This document shows, in pieces, positions 21,909-34,817 of a stretch of DNA of 64,000 nucleotides; within the stretch, counting starts at the first letter, position 1; each line of letters starts with the position of its first letter. Location of the stretch: assembly GCA_010093995.1 (NCBI GenBank), contig ML992502.1, positions 2,021,925 to 2,085,924 of the forward strand, read 5' to 3'. The stretch is from Elsinoe ampelina (taxonomy: Eukaryota). The position numbers were made by a program, and so were the translations under genes. Below the pieces are notes generated by a model. That model saw nothing but the letters and a program-made list of their open reading frames with translations, was not told where the DNA came from and ran no database searches.

Positions 21909-24333
21909 ATGACGGGACCCGACGCCAGCATAGAGCCCTCGCTGCAAGAAGCTCCAGCCCCGGTCAGCAAACCAAAGAGAGTCAGAACAGGATGTCTGAC
22001 ATGTCGCGAGCGCCATTTGAAGTGCGATGAGGGACTTCCAAATTGTCAGAATTGCAAAAAATCCAACAGAATATGCAAGCGAGGTCTCCGACTGAATTTC
22101 ATTGACACACAGACACACCAGCCGCCTCGCGTCGCCTTCAGCAACGAATACAACATCTCCTTTCTCGACGAGTCACGAGAGATCGCATCCGAGTATCAAG
22201 GCGGCGTCGAGCGATATGGAAAACGCGGTCGTCAAAGCATTGGTGGGCTACAGCAACCACCGCAGCATCTCCAACACCAGCAGCCGCAGCATCATCATCA
22301 TCACCATTCGCAGTCTCACCAGCAACATTCTCATATCATGAGCCAGCACCACAATGGCATGCACCAGTCACACATGCATGATCAGCAGCGCCAACCTCAG
22401 ATCGATCCAAGCTTGACTGCTTACGATCAACAAGCCGCTGCTCCTCCAGCGCCCTCCATGTCATACCAAGAATTGCCTCCTATACAAGGTATCTTACCCG
22501 ACTCAGGCTACTCGGAAGATCCGAATGCGATGACCAACCAGATCAAGTTCGACGCTCCTAAGTACGACCAAGGGTCCGACTACGGCAACAACTTTACTCG
22601 ACAGCAATCCACCACCCAATCTCCCTTTTCGAACCAGCACCTTACACACCCACCGTCCTCGAGTCATGGTCAACAAGAAGCCGAAAGCGACACCACAAAC
22701 GAAAAGCGCGACTACCTTGAGAATCCCGAAGAGGTTCTGTTTCTGCAGGTGTTTGTGGAAGAAGTAGGGTTATGGATGGACTCGATGGATGCACACAAAC
22801 ATGTAACATTGCGACGTCCTCTTCATACGGCGATACTGACAACAGCAGTTCTCAAGACTTCTTCCCTTTCACTCTCTCCAAGAGCCAATGCTGCTCAATG
22901 CCTTCCTCGCCTGCGGTGCACGACATCTCACTCTCATTAATCCGATCTATACCGAAGAAAAAGCACTGTACTATTATGATACTGCAACTCGACATTTACT
23001 CAAAGCTCTCCAAAATCCGAACCGCGATACCGTCATCTGTGCCACCACGGCTGTAATTCTTAATGTCTACGAAATCATGAGCGAACGAGCGCTACAGAGG
23101 ATGAACCATATTGCAGGAGCTCGGGCGTTGATCAAGGAATGTGGCTGGAATGCGAGAGCTACAGGCATTGGCTCCGCTTGTTTCTGGCTCAATGTTGGCC
23201 TCGAAGTCCTGAGCTGTCTTCACTTCAACTGGCAGGTCGCTTGGGACCCGGACGACTGGGGCGTCGACATGGACTTTACGAGGGAGATCCACAACGGACG
23301 AGAAGAGAATTGGACACACCGGATGTTGTACATTGTCGCAAAAGTATGCAATTTCAGGGCCACGATACCGCGATTTCAAGAGGCGGATCCCAGGGATGAG
23401 GAGATGCGTCGTCAGAACCGCTACAGCGAGTGGCAACGTCTGAAAGGTTGGGCGGATGCATGGAACGACAACATACCAAGGACGATGCACCCGATGGCGT
23501 ATGTTCACTCTCATCAGACGACATCAAAGTCGGCGTTCCCCGAGGTCTGGCTCATTAAGCGATCGACCATTGTAGCACGCTTGTTCTACCACACAGTCAT
23601 GCTTCTCCTGGCTCAAATCCACCCGTACATGCCTGCGGACAATCCAGACATGTGGAGCATGCAAAAGCAGCATTCTCAAATGATTTGCGGAATTGCTGCA
23701 CATGTCAAGGATCGGTAGGTCCTTCGACTCTGTACTCCATGCCCTCGCTAACAGATTTACAGTGGTGTCGCTTCAGTCGCCCTCCGATCCCTCGCTCACG
23801 CAGCAGAGTGCCTTACCGACCGCAGGGAGCAAGAAGAAGTCCTGCAGATCTTCACGAAGATCAACAAGGAGACCGGCTGGAGGATCGCCTTTGTCTTCAA
23901 GGAACTCAAGGAGCGATGGGGCTGGAAGGACGAGCAGATGCCGAACGTACACATTACCTCCAACTCGGATCCCAAGGTTCGCAGTGTCGGTCACAACCAA
24001 GGCAGTGCTTCTTTCGCCAATTCCAGTCCTCAGACATATCCGCAGACTAGTATGCAACCTTCACCTAACCAGAACTTTGGGTCGTCAAGTGGTCAAGGGA
24101 AGTCGGCAGCGCCTCCATCCGGCTCGACGACAAATGTGGCAGCTCCTACTCCACGACGACCACCATCTGGTATCGTCAACCCCATGTTTGCCACCGCGGA
24201 CTTCAACATGCCACAACATCCGTACCAGAACGTGTACGTGGCACCGAACCATGCAGGGCAGCATCAGACGCAGTGGGGATTTGCGAGTGGAGGACACGGT
24301 GTCGGGGTCGGAAACAACAATACGTACTACTAG
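21909..24333 (+). CDS. Zn(II)2Cys6 transcription factor with a C-terminal fungal TF domain; 3 exons
   Basis: RTGCLTCRERHLKCDEGLPNCQNCKKSNRIC; His/Gln-rich linker; introns 22803-22848 and 23715-23762. Confidence 0.9.
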
Positions 24334-24701
24334 TGGAGTGATGGCTCCCTTTTTGCTTGTAATTCTCGATGTTGCTATTTGGCATGGCGTCCAGGGGGAG
24401 CACAAAAGACGGACAAAAGGCCATGTCCGTGAGGGAAAAGTGCAATGTCACGGCCGCTTAGGGCAAAGGGGGGGGAGATGTGCGATGTAATAATGAGGAC
24501 ACGACATGATCTGAGGGGCCACGTTGCGATGTAGCATTTTAAGCAGAGAATCGAAGAGTAGCGAATGAATTCGAGCCGAGCAGCATCCGGCTTTGCATGA
24601 CCATCTTCTCCCCACCTCTCCCCTCAAGCTCCACCTCTTCTCCCCTCCCTTCTCCCTCCACCTCTTCTCCCTTCCCCTCTTCCCTCCCCCCGGCCTCTGA
24701 C

Positions 24702-26911
24702 TCAAACCTCCACCAACCCCCCCATCATCAACCCCTCCACCACCTCCCCCTCCCCCACCTCCTCCCTCAACGGCATCCTCAACAACGCATTCGCCCCCTT
24801 GAAGCTTCCAATCCTACTACTCCTCTGGCCCCCCGTCGTCCTCCCCACCACCACCCCGTCCCTCCCCACCCCGACAATCGCCCTAACGTACTCCTCCCTC
24901 TTCGCATCCGCCCTGACCATCTCCCCCAACCTGACCTTGACCCTGGGCAAACCCCTGGGTTCCCGCCCCATCATGCCATGCAGCGCGGGCAGGACGAAAA
25001 GATGGTACGTCACGACCGCGCTGGCGGGGTTGCCGGGCAAAGCGAAGACGACTTTTGTCTTTGTCTCGCCCGAGTTGGTCTTGACGGGGACGGTGGCGAA
25101 GGTGGTGGGTTTCCCGGGCTTCATGCTCACGCGCCCGAAGTGGATCGTGCCGCCCAGTGGGCCGAGGAGGGTGGCTTTGAGGAGGTCTTTTTCGCCCATG
25201 GAGACGCCGCCGGTGGTGATCACCACGTCGGACTGGCGGAGTGCGTTGCGCAGGGAGGTCTCCAGGCCGGTGGGGGTGTCTGGGGCGATGCCGGCGTCGG
25301 AGCAGGAGAAGCCGGTGGAGGCGATGGCGGCGAGTAGGGAGGGCCGGTTGGTGTCCCGTACTTGACCGAGGAGTAAGGGCCCAGGGGAGGTGTGCGGGAT
25401 GAGTTCGTCGCCTGTGGAGAGGACGGAGATGGTCGGCCGGTGGTAGATGGATAGGGAAGTGAGGCCTGTGCTGGCGAGGAGGGCGAATTCGCCGCCGAGG
25501 GCCGAGATGCCTTCGCCTTTTTTGAGGAGGAGGGATCCGGAGGGGACGTCGGAGCCGATTTCGCGGACGTTTTCGCCGGGAGTCACGTCAGAGGTGAGGA
25601 TTTCGATGGTGGCTTCTTCGGTGCCGTCCGGGGTGGTGGAGACGAGGCGGGTGTCTTCTACCATAACGACGGAAGTGGCGCCGGGAGGCAGAGGGGCGCC
25701 GGTGGTGATGCGGGCGACTTCGTTAAGGCTTAGGGTCTTGGGCTTGGTGGAAGATAGCTGGGCGTGGCTGATTTGGGTGACGGGGTAGATGCCGGCTGTG
25801 TTGGTCTTCGCGTCCGAAGGGATGGAGACGGCATATCCATCGACGATGGAGGCTCGGAAGGCTGGGACCGCAGACGGAGCATATGCGTCTTCGGCAAGTA
25901 CTGATGGTAAGATGGAGTTGTCCAGAGAGACCGTCTCTGCAACTGGTCGAGGGACGTGTTCAGCTATCAGTGACAAGGCCTCGTCTACCGATATCATCGG
26001 GTAAGGAGATGAGCGGGCGCGCTGTGTCGGATTTGCCGATGGGTCGGGGGTAGGTCGATCAGCAGGGTTCGTGTGTGGCTTTGGTCCATGATGACCATGA
26101 CCATGACCGTGGCTGTGTCCATGATGGTGATGAGTATGCGAGTGCGATGCAGCGCCAGACGTGACTCCTGCGTCTTGTTCAAGCTTCTTGACACCACCCG
26201 CATGCAAAGTGCGAGAGTCAGCTCCGGCAGCTTGTTGGCATGCGTGAGCGAGCAGCTTGATGACAGCTTCAAGGTTCTCCTTCGCCCCTTTCGGTGACCC
26301 GGGTAAGGTCATTATGAGTGATTTGTTCCGAACGCCAGCTACTGGTCTGGCCATGACAGCGACTGAAAGAATCAGACATGCTCTTCATGAGTGTTCTCAT
26401 GACTTACAGGGTGTGACTGCCAGCGAAGATGCGAGCATGCCATGACTATCAAACAATGAGTCGTTGTCGTCGCTCCTAGCCTAGTGGCAACTCACACCAG
26501 TCCTGGAGCGTGCTTGTGCAGCAATGGGGATACAGCCTGTCCGAGATATCAGCATACTTTTTAAGATGCCAAGAGGAGTAGATGAGACTGCTAGAGCGCG
26601 AATCGAAATGGGCTAGGAGTGGTGCAATGGCGACCTACCTCGGGTGTGACATCCTTGCCTGTGAAGCCTGTACCACCGCTGGTGACAATGAGATTGACAT
26701 AGTCCTCGCTGTCAGTCCATCTTGTTACAGATCGTTGAATGGCAAGTATATCGTCCGGCACGATAGACACGTCGGCCACGTCCCATGCAATTGTCTCTGA
26801 TGAAGATTTGTTGAATACCTCTCGTAGGGCAGGTTCACACTTGTCGGTCGAGGGATCTCGAGATGCTGTTTCTGAGACAATGAGCACAGCTGCTCTCAAT
26901 TTCCCGCTCAT
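24702..26911 (-). CDS. cnxE: Molybdenum-cofactor biosynthesis protein, MogA+MoeA fusion (gephyrin-like CnxE); 4 exons
   Basis: G domain TSGGTGF..KDVTPEA and TLPGSPKG; His-rich linker; E domain RASIVDGYA, STGDEL, TTGGVSMG, KPGKP and LPGNP; introns 26537-26638, 26446-26495, 26363-26407. Confidence 0.93.
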
Positions 26912-27271
26912 GCTAGTGTTGGCAAGCGGAACTGTTGAGGTCGTGTTGGGACCGGAATGTAGGACGCACGAGCGAGCATGAAAGTTCGGTATAGACATCT
27001 TGTAGAATGGATTGTCTGGACCAAGGCAGGAAGTGGTTCTGTACATTGATCACTTTTACACCTGAAACCCGCGGGCTATGCTACATTATTTCTAAAATTC
27101 AGAGACCTCTCCTCCTGCTGATATCCCATCAAAGTACGACCAGGCCTACAGAGGATGATGGTCTGCGCCTGTGGATCGTTGCAAATATCGTGGTGTGACT
27201 GCACTACCGTCCTACCAGGCAGATAGAGGACCTTCCGACCCCTCAACCATCCTCTGCCCATAGAGAATCCG

Positions 27272-28077
27272 TTACTTAAAGTCTGGCGCGCTCGATGAAG
27301 CAAGCAGTCCGATGATAAGCCCAAACAGACCAAGGACCGAGCTGAAGATCTCAATGACCAGGATCTTGACGAATCTAGGAATAGACGTTAGCCCGCATCT
27401 CCATTTTGTGTTACGGAAGAAGCATACAAGCTGGGATCAGCAGCATCAGCGAGGGCCGCACTGCTTCCATTGATGCCGACCGAGATACCGCAGATCATAT
27501 TGCATGCGCCGACCAAAAGGCCAGCCCAGAAAAGCGCAAAGCCCGTGAAGTAGTTCGAGGCTGTGTGTTGTGCGTCTCCTGATACGAATCCCAGCTTCGA
27601 GGAGAAGACAATCGACATGATGACACCGTAGATAGCCACGACTTCGCAGAAGATGATGGAGATCAGGTTCTTAGTTCGTATCCGCGGCGCTTTCACACCT
27701 CCTCCGAGAATTGACGACCCTGTGATGAAGATGCCCCTAGGTTGTCTTAGCACAGCTCTTGCTCACATCTTGCATCTGACTGACCATGCTGCTCCTACTA
27801 CTGATAGACCCATGCAGAGTCCGATACCAGTGCTCGCCCAAGCGGATGGTGATACGCTCTCGAGGAAATGTCCGACCTGCGGCAATCTCAGTATTTGCTG
27901 CCCGTGCTTTCACTTCATGGTCTGCGTACATTGAATGCTTCACCTTCGCCATTGAAGAGCATGTCTGCGACGGAAGTTAGCCCGTCCTCCTGTTCCTCGC
28001 GTGGGCGACCACGTACACAGCCCGATGACCGTGAGTGCTGTACTGGCACCGTAGGTGCCATATGTGAGTCCACCCAT
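27272..28077 (-). CDS. VMA16: V-ATPase proteolipid subunit c''; 5 exons
   Basis: [35 protein letters not shown] and [10 protein letters not shown]; introns 27965-28016, 27877-27929, 27737-27784, 27375-27427. Confidence 0.95.
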
Positions 28078-28374
28078 GACTGCAGGTATATCTAGGAGCT
28101 GGGAAGGTCGTTGTTGTCGCAAAGTCGATGCGAAGGCGAGGCTTCATCATTAGAGCTAGATCGCCAGATGCCAAGATATGCGGCTGACTCGTCCCGAATG
28201 CGGCTCTGCTGCTGACTCAACTTCCGACTGTTTCAATATCTAAGGCATACTCTACATTTACAATTCCATCCTCCTGTCCTCTCTACTGCAAACTCCTCTC
28301 TACTGCAAACGAAGAGGAACAGCGTCTGCCCTCACCACTCGCTATAGAGCTCGGAACTACCCGCTCATAACATC

Positions 28375-28807
28375 ATGGCTGAGCCACAAAAGTTCTACGA
28401 ACTGTACAGGGGCACAACGTAAGTGGCGATGCGACAAAGCATCACTTTGAAGCTCACTTTGTCACAGTCTAGGAGTGACACTGGCGGACACACTCGATGA
28501 TTTGATTAGTAGTCGAAGGATCGAACCACAACTCGCCATGAAAATTATGGCAAACTTCGACCAGGCTATAGCCCAAGTCCTGTCAGAGAAGGTCAAGGCA
28601 AGGATGAGTTTCAAGGTGAACAAATCTGGGATGATGGCACATTACCCAAGCTCATTCATCAATCAGGGTCATCTGGATACGTATCGCTTCTGCGACGAAG
28701 TCTGGACCTTCATCATCAAGGACATAAAATTCAAACTCGACAACTCACAACAGATCGACGTCGAGAAGGTCAAGATCGTCAGCTGCGCTTTCAAAGACAA
28801 GGCCTAG
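28375..28807 (+). CDS. TOA2: TFIIA gamma (small) subunit; 3 exons
   Basis: [22 protein letters not shown] and [15 protein letters not shown]; introns 28419-28467 and 28616-28666. Confidence 0.95.
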
Positions 28808-29308
28808 AAGTGCTCTATGGGCCCAACTCAATCGAAGAAACCTTGTGGCACTCTCTTTTCGAATGTCCACAACCACAAAAGTCGCTACTTATGTCCCCTC
28901 GAGGACAAAGCTAAAAAGGCTCCCAATCACAAGCAAACGAAGCTGAGATGGCAAGTCGTGAAGCCGGAGCATTTCCGGCATCCCAAGTCAGACAAGTCTG
29001 AACATGTTTCGAGATAGCGGTGCTTAGGATGCGAGAGACAGTCAAGTGTTGCAGATATCGATGTTCGTTTGGCAGGAATACAGCACTGCGGACGGCGTTC
29101 ATGGGCTTTTTGATACCCGCATAGCATGGGGAGCACTCTTTGAGAACGAATGAAACTACTTTGACCACACCCGCTTGCTGCACGTGCAGACCTGCGGCTT
29201 TGTCTCTGACATGTGAACGTGCGGCTCCGCATCGCGAAGCAAGCTCCAGCTCCGCAATCCTGTCATGCGACACTCCATCTACTCTTCCACACAACACACG
29301 CCAATTCC

Positions 29309-30053
29309 ATGGCATCCACTCGCTACAAATGGCTCACCTTCGCCATAGCCTCGGGCGCCTGCGCCGCCATCAACGGCACCTTTGCTAAGCTGTATGTCCC
29401 ATCCTCAACACACCCCTCCTCCGCTCTCCTTCTCTCTCCTTCTCTCTCCTGCCCTCCCGTCCTCTTTCTACCCTCTCCTTATCCCTCCATGACCTCTCTC
29501 TCGCCCCCAGTCACTGATGACACGCAGAACCACCGGCCCCTTCACCTCCTCCCTCTCGCACTCCCTCGCCCTCACCCTCCACGTCCCCGAATCCCACAGC
29601 CAAATCTTCGAGTACATCCTCCGCGCCCTCTTCTTCGCCCTCAACCTCTCCTTCGACGCCCTGATGTGGGGACTCTTTACACGTGCGCTCACGCTTGCTT
29701 CGTCGACGGTGCATGTCTCGGTGCTGAACACCGGGACGAATTTCCTCGTCGCGGCGACGGCGGGATGGGCGGTGTTTGGGGAGAAGTTGCCGGGGTTGTG
29801 GTGGGTGGGAGCGGGGATGTTGGTGGGTGGGTGTTTGTTGATTGGGAGTCGGGAGGGGAGGGAGGGGGAGAAGAAGGGGGGGTATGTGAGGGTGGAGGGT
29901 GGGGATGGGGAGGGGGACGGGTTGGTGTTGGGGGATGTGAGGGGGGAGGACGAGGCGGATGATCCTTTGCCTGGTGTGTCGCTAGGTCAGGGGACGGGAC
30001 TGAGGGCGAGGAGTAAAAGTCCTTATCGGGATGATAGTGAAGGGGAACGGTAG
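29309..30053 (+). CDS. TMEM42-like small multi-pass membrane protein; 2 exons
   Basis: AIASGACAAINGTFAKL|TT, LMWGLFTRAL, VSVLNTGTNF and VFGEKLPGLWW; intron 29392-29527. Confidence 0.8.
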
Positions 30054-30280
30054 GAGGAGTCAAGCGCTTGCGTGTTGAGGAAGGCTGTATGATACGCTCG
30101 GCACAGGGACACGAGGCATGAACGCGATGGAGGATAAGTGGAATGATGTAAGATTAATTCAGAGTTGCACATCAAGCATAGCGAGGCATAATTCGTCCTT
30201 TTTACCAAATCCGGCGCCTGTTTCTATTCTACAATATCCATATACTAATTGCACTGATGTGCTCATCGTTCATCCCAGAA

Positions 30281-30787
30281 TCAATCGTGTCTCTGCACCT
30301 TGTTGTCACCCTGAATGCTCTCCTGGTAGGTAGGCGGCGCCTGCTCAGGCTGAGTGCTGCTCCCGGGAAGCGGCGCATGCTGAGGACTTGCGTACTGGCC
30401 CTGCGGGTTCTGTGCAGGCTGTCCTCCTTGGTTCACTGTGCCGTAGCCTCTTTGTGCCGCCTGTCCTTGTTGGATGTAATAGTACGTCACTCGTCCTCGT
30501 TCGTTCTCCGCCTCTAGCTCCTCGTAGGTTGGATCCGGGTATGAAGCGATGATGTACCAGCTGTGGATGAGGCCGGGTAGGAAACCGAGCAGGCAGAGCG
30601 CAAAGTTGATAAGGGAGTCGGCAGAGCAGATACCGCGCTTGACCCAGACTGAGCGGTGTTAGCATGTGTCGACAGTGTGGAAATCGGCGGCGTCTAATTC
30701 TGGCGCCTGGAAGAGCAGCGGGGACTCACCTGGCAGTGGAGGGAAGATGATGGCGAGGATGCCGAGGAAAATGTCGGAGCCGCACAT
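30281..30787 (-). CDS. Pmp3/Sna-family proteolipid membrane protein with Gln/Pro-rich tail and PPTY motif; 2 exons
   Basis: MCGSDIFLGILAIIFPPLP|VWVKRGICSADSLINFALCLLGFLPGLIHSWYII; intron 30649-30729. Confidence 0.88.
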
Positions 30788-31210
30788 GATGTTTGTGGAT
30801 GTATAGAGAAGTGTCTTTGCAGTGTGAAGAGGTAATTATGTAGAAGGAGAGTGTTGCCTGAGAAGCAGCTGGAATTAAAGACAAAGCAATGACGCTATGC
30901 TGTCTCTGGTGATCACAAGCGCCGCGCCGCTGTGGCGGTGCAGCATGAACCGCTGTTTGCCGCCGAAGCTCACTTTTTTGCCCAAGCCATCGATATACAA
31001 GTATTTCATGCAAAGTTATGTCTCCATATTTTGTAGATGACATTGTTCTCGCACATTCGACGAACACGATATAATAATGCAGCCTGATCCATCTGCCACA
31101 GACGACAGAACGAACCATAAACAATCCTGATGCCTGAGTCTGACATGTTTCCCGTCCACCCAAACCACCACGGCAAGTACTCCTACCAAGTATCATGCCT
31201 CTCATTCTCA

Positions 31211-31280
31211 TCCTCCCTTCCATCCCTCCATCCCTTCCATCCCTTCATCCCTCCATCCCTCCATCCCTTCATCCCTCCCC
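31211..31280 (+). repeat. Degenerate (CATCCCTY)n minisatellite upstream of the GNAT gene
   Basis: About 7-8 tandem CATCCCTC/CATCCCTT units. Confidence 0.8.
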
Positions 31281-31310
31281 ATACCACCTCCCCTCTCTAT
31301 ACCTACCACA

Positions 31311-32018
31311 ATGCCCCCACCCCTTCCCCCCGCCCACTCCCTCCTCCCCACGCACCCCCTCGACACCCCTCTCCTCGGCCAATTCCTCTCAGCCTCCAAG
31401 CTCCAACTCACCATCAACCGCTTCATCTTCAAATCCTGGCCCAACTCGGAGAAACAACTCGCGCATTACACAGCCCAAATCGAGTCTGCGCACGGAGACT
31501 CCCAGATCTCGTCGTTCAAGGTGGTGCATGATAAGTCGGGGGAGGTGGTGGGGCATTTGGTGCTGACGAGGGAGGGGGCGAGGGCGGGCGGAGGGGGGGA
31601 TGATGACGAGGGGAAGCGGGAGGAGGGAGAGGGGAAGGAAGGGAAGGAGGGCGATGAGAAGCAGGGGAGGCCGGAGGTGCCGGAGTATCTCGTGCCTGAG
31701 GCTTTCTTTGCGGTTCTGGACGCCGCGCAGGAGATTGAGAAGGAGGTGCAAGGGAGGGAGAGGCTGACGTTGACGTGGATGTACGTGAGGTCCGAGAGTA
31801 GGAGGCAGGGGATTGGTTCGGGGCTGGTGGCGTTTGCGTTGGAGACGGCGAGGAAGGACGGGCTGCCACTCGTGACGGCAGCGGAACCGCAGGCTTATGA
31901 GTTTATGAAGAAGCAGGGTTTCAAGGATACCAAGCATGTTGACTTTGATCTGGCAAAGTGGGCGCTTCCGAATTGTGGGTACGGGGCGTTTCGACTTTCA
32001 GGGTTGATCGCTGAGTGA
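31311..32018 (+). CDS. GNAT-family N-acetyltransferase
   Basis: Acetyl-CoA motif A MYVRSESRRQGIGSGL; AYEFMKKQGF. Confidence 0.8.
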   Translation: MPPPLPPAHSLLPTHPLDTPLLGQFLSASKLQLTINRFIFKSWPNSEKQLAHYTAQIESAHGDSQISSFKVVHDKSGEVVGHLVLTREGARAGGGGDDDEGKREEGEGKEGKEGDEKQGRPEVPEYLVPEAFFAVLDAAQEIEKEVQGRERLTLTWMYVRSESRRQGIGSGLVAFALETARKDGLPLVTAAEPQAYEFMKKQGFKDTKHVDFDLAKWALPNCGYGAFRLSGLIAE

Positions 32019-32084
32019 TGCTATGTGTCCTGTATTCCTGTATGGCTACCGAGTCTAGATACGCTTGATGCAATGATGATAGAT

Positions 32085-33349
32085 CTAGTTCTTCCCCTCT
32101 AGCCATTTGTACACTACTGAAAAGTCTTTGCCTTTCAGCTGTGGGTTTGCTTCTACTGAGCTGTAGATCTCCTGAGCGATCGGCCCGAGTCGTGGCTCTA
32201 CGCCGTGCTCTTGGGCAGCTTGCATGGCCAATCTCAAGTCCTTGTTCATGAGCGCGGTGCCAAAGCCGCCGACGTATTCTCGTGAAGCTGGAGCGGTCTC
32301 GACCACGCCTGGGACAGGATTGTTGATCTCGCTCGGCCAGCACTTTCCGGTACTGATGTTAATCATATCTGCGAGTGCCTTTGCATCCAGACCCCATGAG
32401 ATACCCATATTCATCGCTTCTGCAGTTGCAATGTTGTTGATCGCGAGCAAGTAGTTATTTGCCAGCTTGCCCTTCAATCCTGATGTTTGTGGTCCAAGAT
32501 GAAGGACTCGCTGGCCCATCATGGAGAGCACTTCTCTAGCGCGATCGACTATTGAGTCGGAGGCACCGATCATGAATGTGAGCTTTGCATTTTGAGCACC
32601 TACAACACCACCGGACATGGGGGCATCCACGAACTTGCCCTGGCCCGAGGAGTGTGTGGCATTCGCGACCTCGGCTGACGACATTGGATCAATCGTCGAG
32701 CAGTCGATGAATAGCCGTGGCTTCGCGGCTCCTTCTGAGAGCAATGTAGGGGGCTTCAACATGGACATGTATACATTCTTAACGTGTGATGGCTCGGGCA
32801 GCACTGTGATGATTGTTTCCTGGTTATACGTCAGTCTTGTGTCCACCCAACTCGAATTGCTTAATATGTGTATGGTCCAGGTATGTTTCAGAGGATTGGC
32901 TTTGATATGTAAGAATCAGAGAAAGAGCTGCCGAAGCAGCCCCCAACTTAGATCATAGATAGAACAATTTGGTTCATCTTGTAGTAGGGAATGTGAAGCA
33001 ATGTGCAAGGATAAAACGTACCGACTGGACTGCTATGTCCCGTACTGACGGGGCCACCTCTACGCCTTTATGCTCGCTCTTGAATTTGGAAGTCGCGTCA
33101 CTGTTGACATCGTAGACGATCAATGTGTCTGTCGAGGGGAGCTTCGCGCGGAGGTTGCCAGCCATGGGATATCCTGCAAATGTGTCAGTAGCTATCCCGC
33201 ACAAGAGCAAAGCAAGACCTACCCATCCGGCCCAATCCTATGAAGCCATACACCGCTTGTGCAGACCTCGTACTCGAAAAGTGTCGGACAGAACCCGGAC
33301 CAGCCAGGAAGGAAGAGGCATGCTGCCTAACAGCTCTCAAAGCAGCCAT
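32085..33349 (-). CDS. Mitochondrial 3-hydroxyisobutyrate dehydrogenase; 3 exons
   Basis: Arg/Ser/Ala presequence; GFIGLGRMG, IDCSTID, DAPMSGG, KLANN and LMNKDL; introns 33174-33222 and 32820-33021. Confidence 0.93.
32883..32985 (-). ncRNA. Intronic box C/D snoRNA with two guides matching LSU (25S) rRNA
   Basis: In the 202-nt intron: C box AAGATGA; guide ATTGTTCTATC before D' ATGA; GGGGCTGC-TTCG-GCAGCTCT hairpin; C'-like CTGATT; guide AGCCAATCCT before D box CTGA. Confidence 0.75.
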
Positions 33350-33751
33350 CGTCACCGTTCAGAAAGGTACATAGTCCAATGCCTCGTATGCCAGCAAGAC
33401 GGAAGAAGTGCAAGAAGAGCCTCACACGACCAAACGAAACGCATAGTGGTCCGCCACGCCTAATCGCATAGGATCGGCATTGATTGGAGATGAATTGGTG
33501 CCGAGGGAAGAGGTCCACGGTCCGCTGTCATCACAACCCGCGTTGGCCCGATGTGAGAGCGGGGGAATTTGATTGCCTTCTCCACTTGTGCTCGGTGAGC
33601 CGGAGATCAAAGCGAGCAGAGCCGCATATGCTCGCCCACTGGGGGAATGCTGTGTCAAAAGTAATGATTTGTCCTTGAAAGCAGTCTATATTGGTATCAT
33701 ATTCGTAGCCGACGCCTGTCATCATGCTTGTTTCCCGGAACGCCATTGATA

Positions 33752-34817
33752 TCATTCCGCAGGGAGCTCATCCACCGGATCTGTAATGTCGTTGCCAACC
33801 GCGATTGCCTCTCGTTGCTTCTTGGTGAGAGGCTTCTTCTTTCGCCGACCGCCAGGATCATTCCTCGGAGCACTTATCGCGTCCAGGTACTCCTCATTAC
33901 TCATGTTGGAGTGCAGCTTTTCGACAGAGTCTGTGTCCTTGACAAACATCTTGGTGTTGTATGCCTCGTACGATTCGCCATCCTGTCTTTATCAGCAATC
34001 AGCAGTGCATCAATACTGTTGTACCCACATCTTCGTCGAAGAAGTTCATTCGTGTCCATTTTTCCTCTTGCGCGACTTGCATCAAGCTCTTCGACTTGGA
34101 TGATGCATCATCCTTGGCTGACTTATATGTCTGAGTGAAGCCGCGGGCTTGAGCAGGCCTTGACTCGTCCGTCTCACGTGCGGCACTGGCTTTCTTGACG
34201 TGCTCTTCAGCATCCACATGATGAAACTGTGGCCGCATCTGTGCCATGCCATCGACTTTGGTGAGGTGGAGCTCCTTGCCCCTGAAAGTGCCGAGCATGT
34301 ACTGAGGCTTGCCCTCTTCTGCAGACGAGATCTGACCACCCAGAGTCTGTTTCCGAAAGACTTTGCCGTTGTTCATCATGGTAGGGAAGTAGTTCACCTC
34401 AGAGCTGTACTCGTCGTAGCGACTGCCCCGATGCCCCGAGGACTTGATCGCCCCGGGTCCAAATCCAGCAGAGGCTCCAAAAGTGGTCAGACCTGATACT
34501 TTGGCTTGTTGCATGGCTTTGCCCCATTCGATACCCCTAGCTTTGTTGAAATTGATCTCTGGCTCCATTTCGATGTCCACCTCGATAAAGCCAGATTCCT
34601 TCTTCATTCGCATTTCTGTCGGAGCACCTCCATTCCGACGATTGTACGGTCTGCCAGCGTTCCGTAGAGGGTACTGCAACATGAAGATCTCCTCGGCCAC
34701 TGCTGGCGTGATGAAGATATCATACTCCGACACGACCGGATCCTTGTCCGGATCATTGCGGGCTGTCTACAGTAAGGACAAGCATTTGCAACGGAAATCA
34801 CAGCACCTACGAGCCAT
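33752..34817 (-). CDS. RPC37: RNA polymerase III subunit Rpc5/Rpc37 (Sin-like); 3 exons
   Basis: DPVVSEYDIFI, LQYP, KQTLGG and YMLGTFRGKELHLTKVDGMAQMRPQFHH; short first exon MAP inferred; second intron after FFDED. Confidence 0.85.

Noticed and set aside
26075..26145. His-rich tract in CnxE as a novelty
   Set aside because: As I recall, His-rich G/E-domain linkers are common in fungal CnxE proteins.
762..32018. Secondary-metabolite cluster (P450, Zn2Cys6 TF, GNAT)
   Set aside because: There is no PKS, NRPS or terpene synthase, and these genes are scattered among housekeeping genes.
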